Below are positions 60,654-64,000 of a stretch of DNA of 64,000 bases, piece after piece. This DNA is from Eledone cirrhosa. Its lineage: Eukaryota. Both the position numbers and the translations under genes were made by a program. Numbering within the stretch: the stretch's first letter is position 1; every line of letters starts with the position of its first letter. The notes under the pieces are model-generated. The model saw only the letters and a list, made by a program, of their open reading frames with translations. It ran no database searches and was not told the DNA's origin. The DNA is taken from assembly GCA_964016885.1 (NCBI GenBank), contig OZ024743.1, positions 33,852,001-33,916,000 on the forward strand, given 5' to 3'.

Positions 60654-61609
60654 AGGCATTGTTCTTGTTTTAGAGGACTGTTTTGTATTATATAAGGAGG
60701 AGTTGAACTAAAACTATGAATCACATAAAAACATAAAAATACACATTTTGTATGAGGCAGTGTGGAACTAATAAGAGACAAAAAAAAAAAACTATCTCAA
60801 ATGAAGATTAGATTTTAACAGACTAATTTAATCCTTTCCAGGAAATAGGGAATCTGGAAGGTAGTTTCCTTTCTATCTCTAATAAGACAAATTCTTTTCT
60901 AATCAACAAAAGAATAAAATGGAATTGGGATAATTTTTCAAATAGTGATCATATTCTAAAAATATCCATAATTTCTTCATTTTTTTTTTCACCTTGGCAG
61001 CAAAATGAATGATATATATCATTATATTCCCCATAATCCCCTCAAAATAAAATTAAAATGAATTAATAATATTTTGAAGGCTAATCATTAGAAAACCATT
61101 TTGATGGTTAACAAAAATTTCTTGTTTTTTCATTATTAGTGGGAACAATCCCTAGTTTTTCATTAATACGAATGAAACCTACTTGTTTACATTTATTCAT
61201 ATTTCTATGATACCCTACGTTAAGCTTAATCATTCTTTTAAAATCATATACCAGTGATTCTTAAAAACTAATCCCTCTCTCTAGATATATGAGCCACCTC
61301 ATCTCACCAAATTTATTACATTAAAAAAGATGTTAAGTTGTACAGATAAGATTTAACAAATTTTTATGTATCAGATTTTGAATCAAAAATAGCTATTTAT
61401 TAAATTTTTTTAATAGATGTATTTAATAGTAAGAAAACTTTGTTTCCTATATGTTCTTATGTTAGTTTTTTAACTGATAGACTTAATTTACATTAGTATT
61501 AACATTTAATAGTTATATAACTTATCAGTACTAAAGATTCGTCACCGCTATCTCATTATTCAAATGCCACTAACATCAGAATATCTCCGTGAGTTTCTTA
61601 AAGTACGAG

Positions 61610-61850
61610 TAATCTTTAGGAAGGGGTTGCTATCCATTTCTATACACTACTATGAAGGAGTGTCAAAAATGTGGCTTAACCTGCTAGAAATAGCAGCCAA
61701 ATTCTATCAATTCTCACCCGGTTGTCTTTAAAAAGAAAGAACTGATTGACCAAAGTAATCCTAGATATACAAAAAGACAGGATGTTCTCAGTTGGAACAC
61801 CTTTGTTCATAGGTCTGATGAATATGATCTGACATTGGGCTAAATATAAC
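61610..61850 (+). repeat. Unclassified interspersed repeat (related pieces at about 870-970 on the minus strand and 56030-56430)
   Basis: aacctgctagaaatagcagccaa shared with 56055-56075 and, as reverse complement, with about 940-960. Confidence 0.5.
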
Positions 61851-62034
61851 TCCTGAATAAAAGCTATTTAGACTTTGTTTTATAAAATTATAACTGCATT
61901 AACTTTAAAACTAATCCGGATGTAAGGTTTGGAAAATGTTATGAATATATCTATGCATTTGATAATTTTATGAATGTTCTATTATTTACTATTGAAAATG
62001 ACTGATAGAATTACTTTTTACACTTCATTATTTC

Positions 62035-62220
62035 ATACTTTGCCTTTCATCTTTACGGGGTCGATAAAATAAAGTACCAGTAACGTACTGGGTAATTGCT
62101 GGCCTTGTGCCAAATGTAGAAACAATTATTTCATATAGCATATAAAATAAAGTACCAGTAATACACTGGGAAATTGCTGGCCTTGTGCCAAAAGTAGAAA
62201 CAATTATTTCATATAGCATA
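62035..62220 (+). mobile_element. Family A SINE 3' half with a 78-bp tandem duplication of its tail
   Basis: Units 62065-62142 and 62143-62220 (taaaataaagtaccagta...aattatttcatatagcata). Confidence 0.8.
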
Positions 62221-64000
62221 TATCTGGCAGAGGGTAAGACATGTGAGAAGTGTGTGTGTGTGTGTGTGTGCACGCCTATTGAAATATTTCATAGAAACAT
62301 TGGATTACTGCTAATATAAATTTCTGCGAGAAAAAATTATTTTATGTATTGGACATTAGTCTGTGAAAAGGATGGAATTCGTTATAATTAAAAACAAACT
62401 GCTGTTTCTTTCTTTTTTGTGTGACTAACAGCATAGCAATGAATACCAAACTACTTAAACTAACCTAGAAAAGACTGGTTAGGAGGAGCTGTTCCACATT
62501 TCTAGTGATATGTTGCCTGGGTTTGTTAAAATATGAAGAAATATTGATTTCGAAAAGGAAGAGAAACTAAAGGGAGATAACGTTTTAAATTTCTCTTCAA
62601 GTCATTTTGAAGCTAACATTAATAATTCATTTACTACAATAAAAAACATATAGAAATATAGTAATGATGTGCGTTGTTTAAGAAGCCCTGTGACTTTGAA
62701 ACTATTTGAATGCTAATAGGATTTTTTTTTCACAAGGGACGTAACTTAGCATGTTTCTCATGAGATTATATTATAAATTTTTACTTGCTAAGTTGCTATC
62801 AAATGTGAAAATCTTAGAATAACAAAACTTTCTTTACACAGTTTTATGTGCCTCAGCGTAAAAAAAATGTTTTAATTTAAATTTTTCATAGCATTATTGA
62901 AAAGTAATGCAATTATTTTGGTTTTTAAAAAAATGATCATACATTGATGATAGTTGTTGTTAGTCTGTTATTGTAGTTTCTAATCGGGAATGTAACTTAT
63001 GGATTATCTTGGTAGGTTATCTAGATATTTAAATTCCATAAATTCGTATGGAATAAGTATTATGAATACTAAGCCAGGAAACCATTTTTGAAGATCGTAT
63101 TATTATTTTTTGCTTTTTTGTTTGTTTTATTTTTATTTTTAAATCAACGCTGATTAATAAAAACCAGGAGAAAATACTGCTGTTACAAAACCAGGTAACA
63201 AAATTATAATTTCAAGGAAACTCAATGCAAAAAAAAAAACGAACAATAGTCAGATTTAACGTCAATTTGAAAATGCAACAAATTGTAACATATGTCTTCA
63301 TTAGATATTTTAATCCAGTGCAAGATTAACAATTTTACACATTACAACCAAAGTCTCCCTAACTTTAGATTACTCTTGTTGGTTACAACCAGTTGTCTGT
63401 GACCATTCTAGAAACATTACTGGATTGGTAATAAATTCATGATATTTTAATTTATTCTTACATTCTCAGAATATTACCAAAATCAAGGAAAATGTTTTCT
63501 ATAGTATAATTCCAATTGGTTAAAAACTAAAATAATTTTGGTATGCATTTTAAAAATATAAACCCTTTAGAATATAAGTCATGCCAAATAACGAAAAAAT
63601 ATCTATATATATATATATAAACATTTTTACTTTACTTAAATTGTTTCATGATCTCATTTACATTTAAGATGTTTTAAGGGATTTCTCAAAATATTTTGAA
63701 TTTATAAAATCTAGAAAAAAAACTTGCAGCCAAAGCATTTCATGCAATAATTCAATCAAAAATAAGATGTAAAGTCAAACATTTCGGACAATTTGTTTCA
63801 GAAGCAATTAAAATAAAAAAATAAAATGTTATTTAAGATAGTCAGTCAGAAATTAATTAAAAATGATGTTGTATGCTTATGTATTTTTATTGTGTTGGTG
63901 AGTAACTTATTGATTTCATTTGTACTTCTTTCTTGCTATTTGGATAAATAATAATAATATTTATAATTATTACTCAATTAACTTAAAAAAAATAATGAAT

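Noticed and set aside
59915-64000. A specific poly(A) site or a second gene downstream of the stop
   Set aside because: Many AATAAA hexamers in very AT-rich sequence with none distinguishable, and no credible exons or ORFs.

Overview
AT-rich, microsatellite-rich eukaryotic genomic DNA. The repeat families and gene style suggest a mollusc, probably an octopus or other coleoid cephalopod (inference). The window holds the 3' part of one large + strand gene, a still life (sif)/TIAM1-2-like Rac GEF. I reconstructed 12 GT-AG exons with consistent phases from 8269 to 59914, giving about 843 aa: RBD, PDZ, DH, PH and a C-terminal tail. The 5' exons lie outside the window or were not found. The introns are packed with transposable elements: at least 8 copies or fragments of RTE-clade LINEs with (GAT)n tails, Expander/Rex3-like and CR1-like LINE remnants, a decayed mariner, two TTAA-flanked piggyBac-type MITE families, a pogo/Tc1-type element carrying a 29-bp minisatellite, and tRNA-derived SINEs. 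The main observations are: (1) the RTE reverse transcriptase has a Cys4-His-Cys3 PHD finger inserted inside the RT domain in all copies; (2) a candidate frame-preserving 15-nt microexon (DEELR) in the DH domain, with neural-microexon-like cis elements; (3) a degenerate minimal hammerhead ribozyme in a Penelope-like inverted repeat; (4) many inverted repeats able to form intronic dsRNA; (5) a 3.5-kb tandem duplication whose copies differ by reciprocal indels, which could be an assembly artefact. Repeat boundaries were read by eye and are approximate unless a TSD or TIR is quoted.
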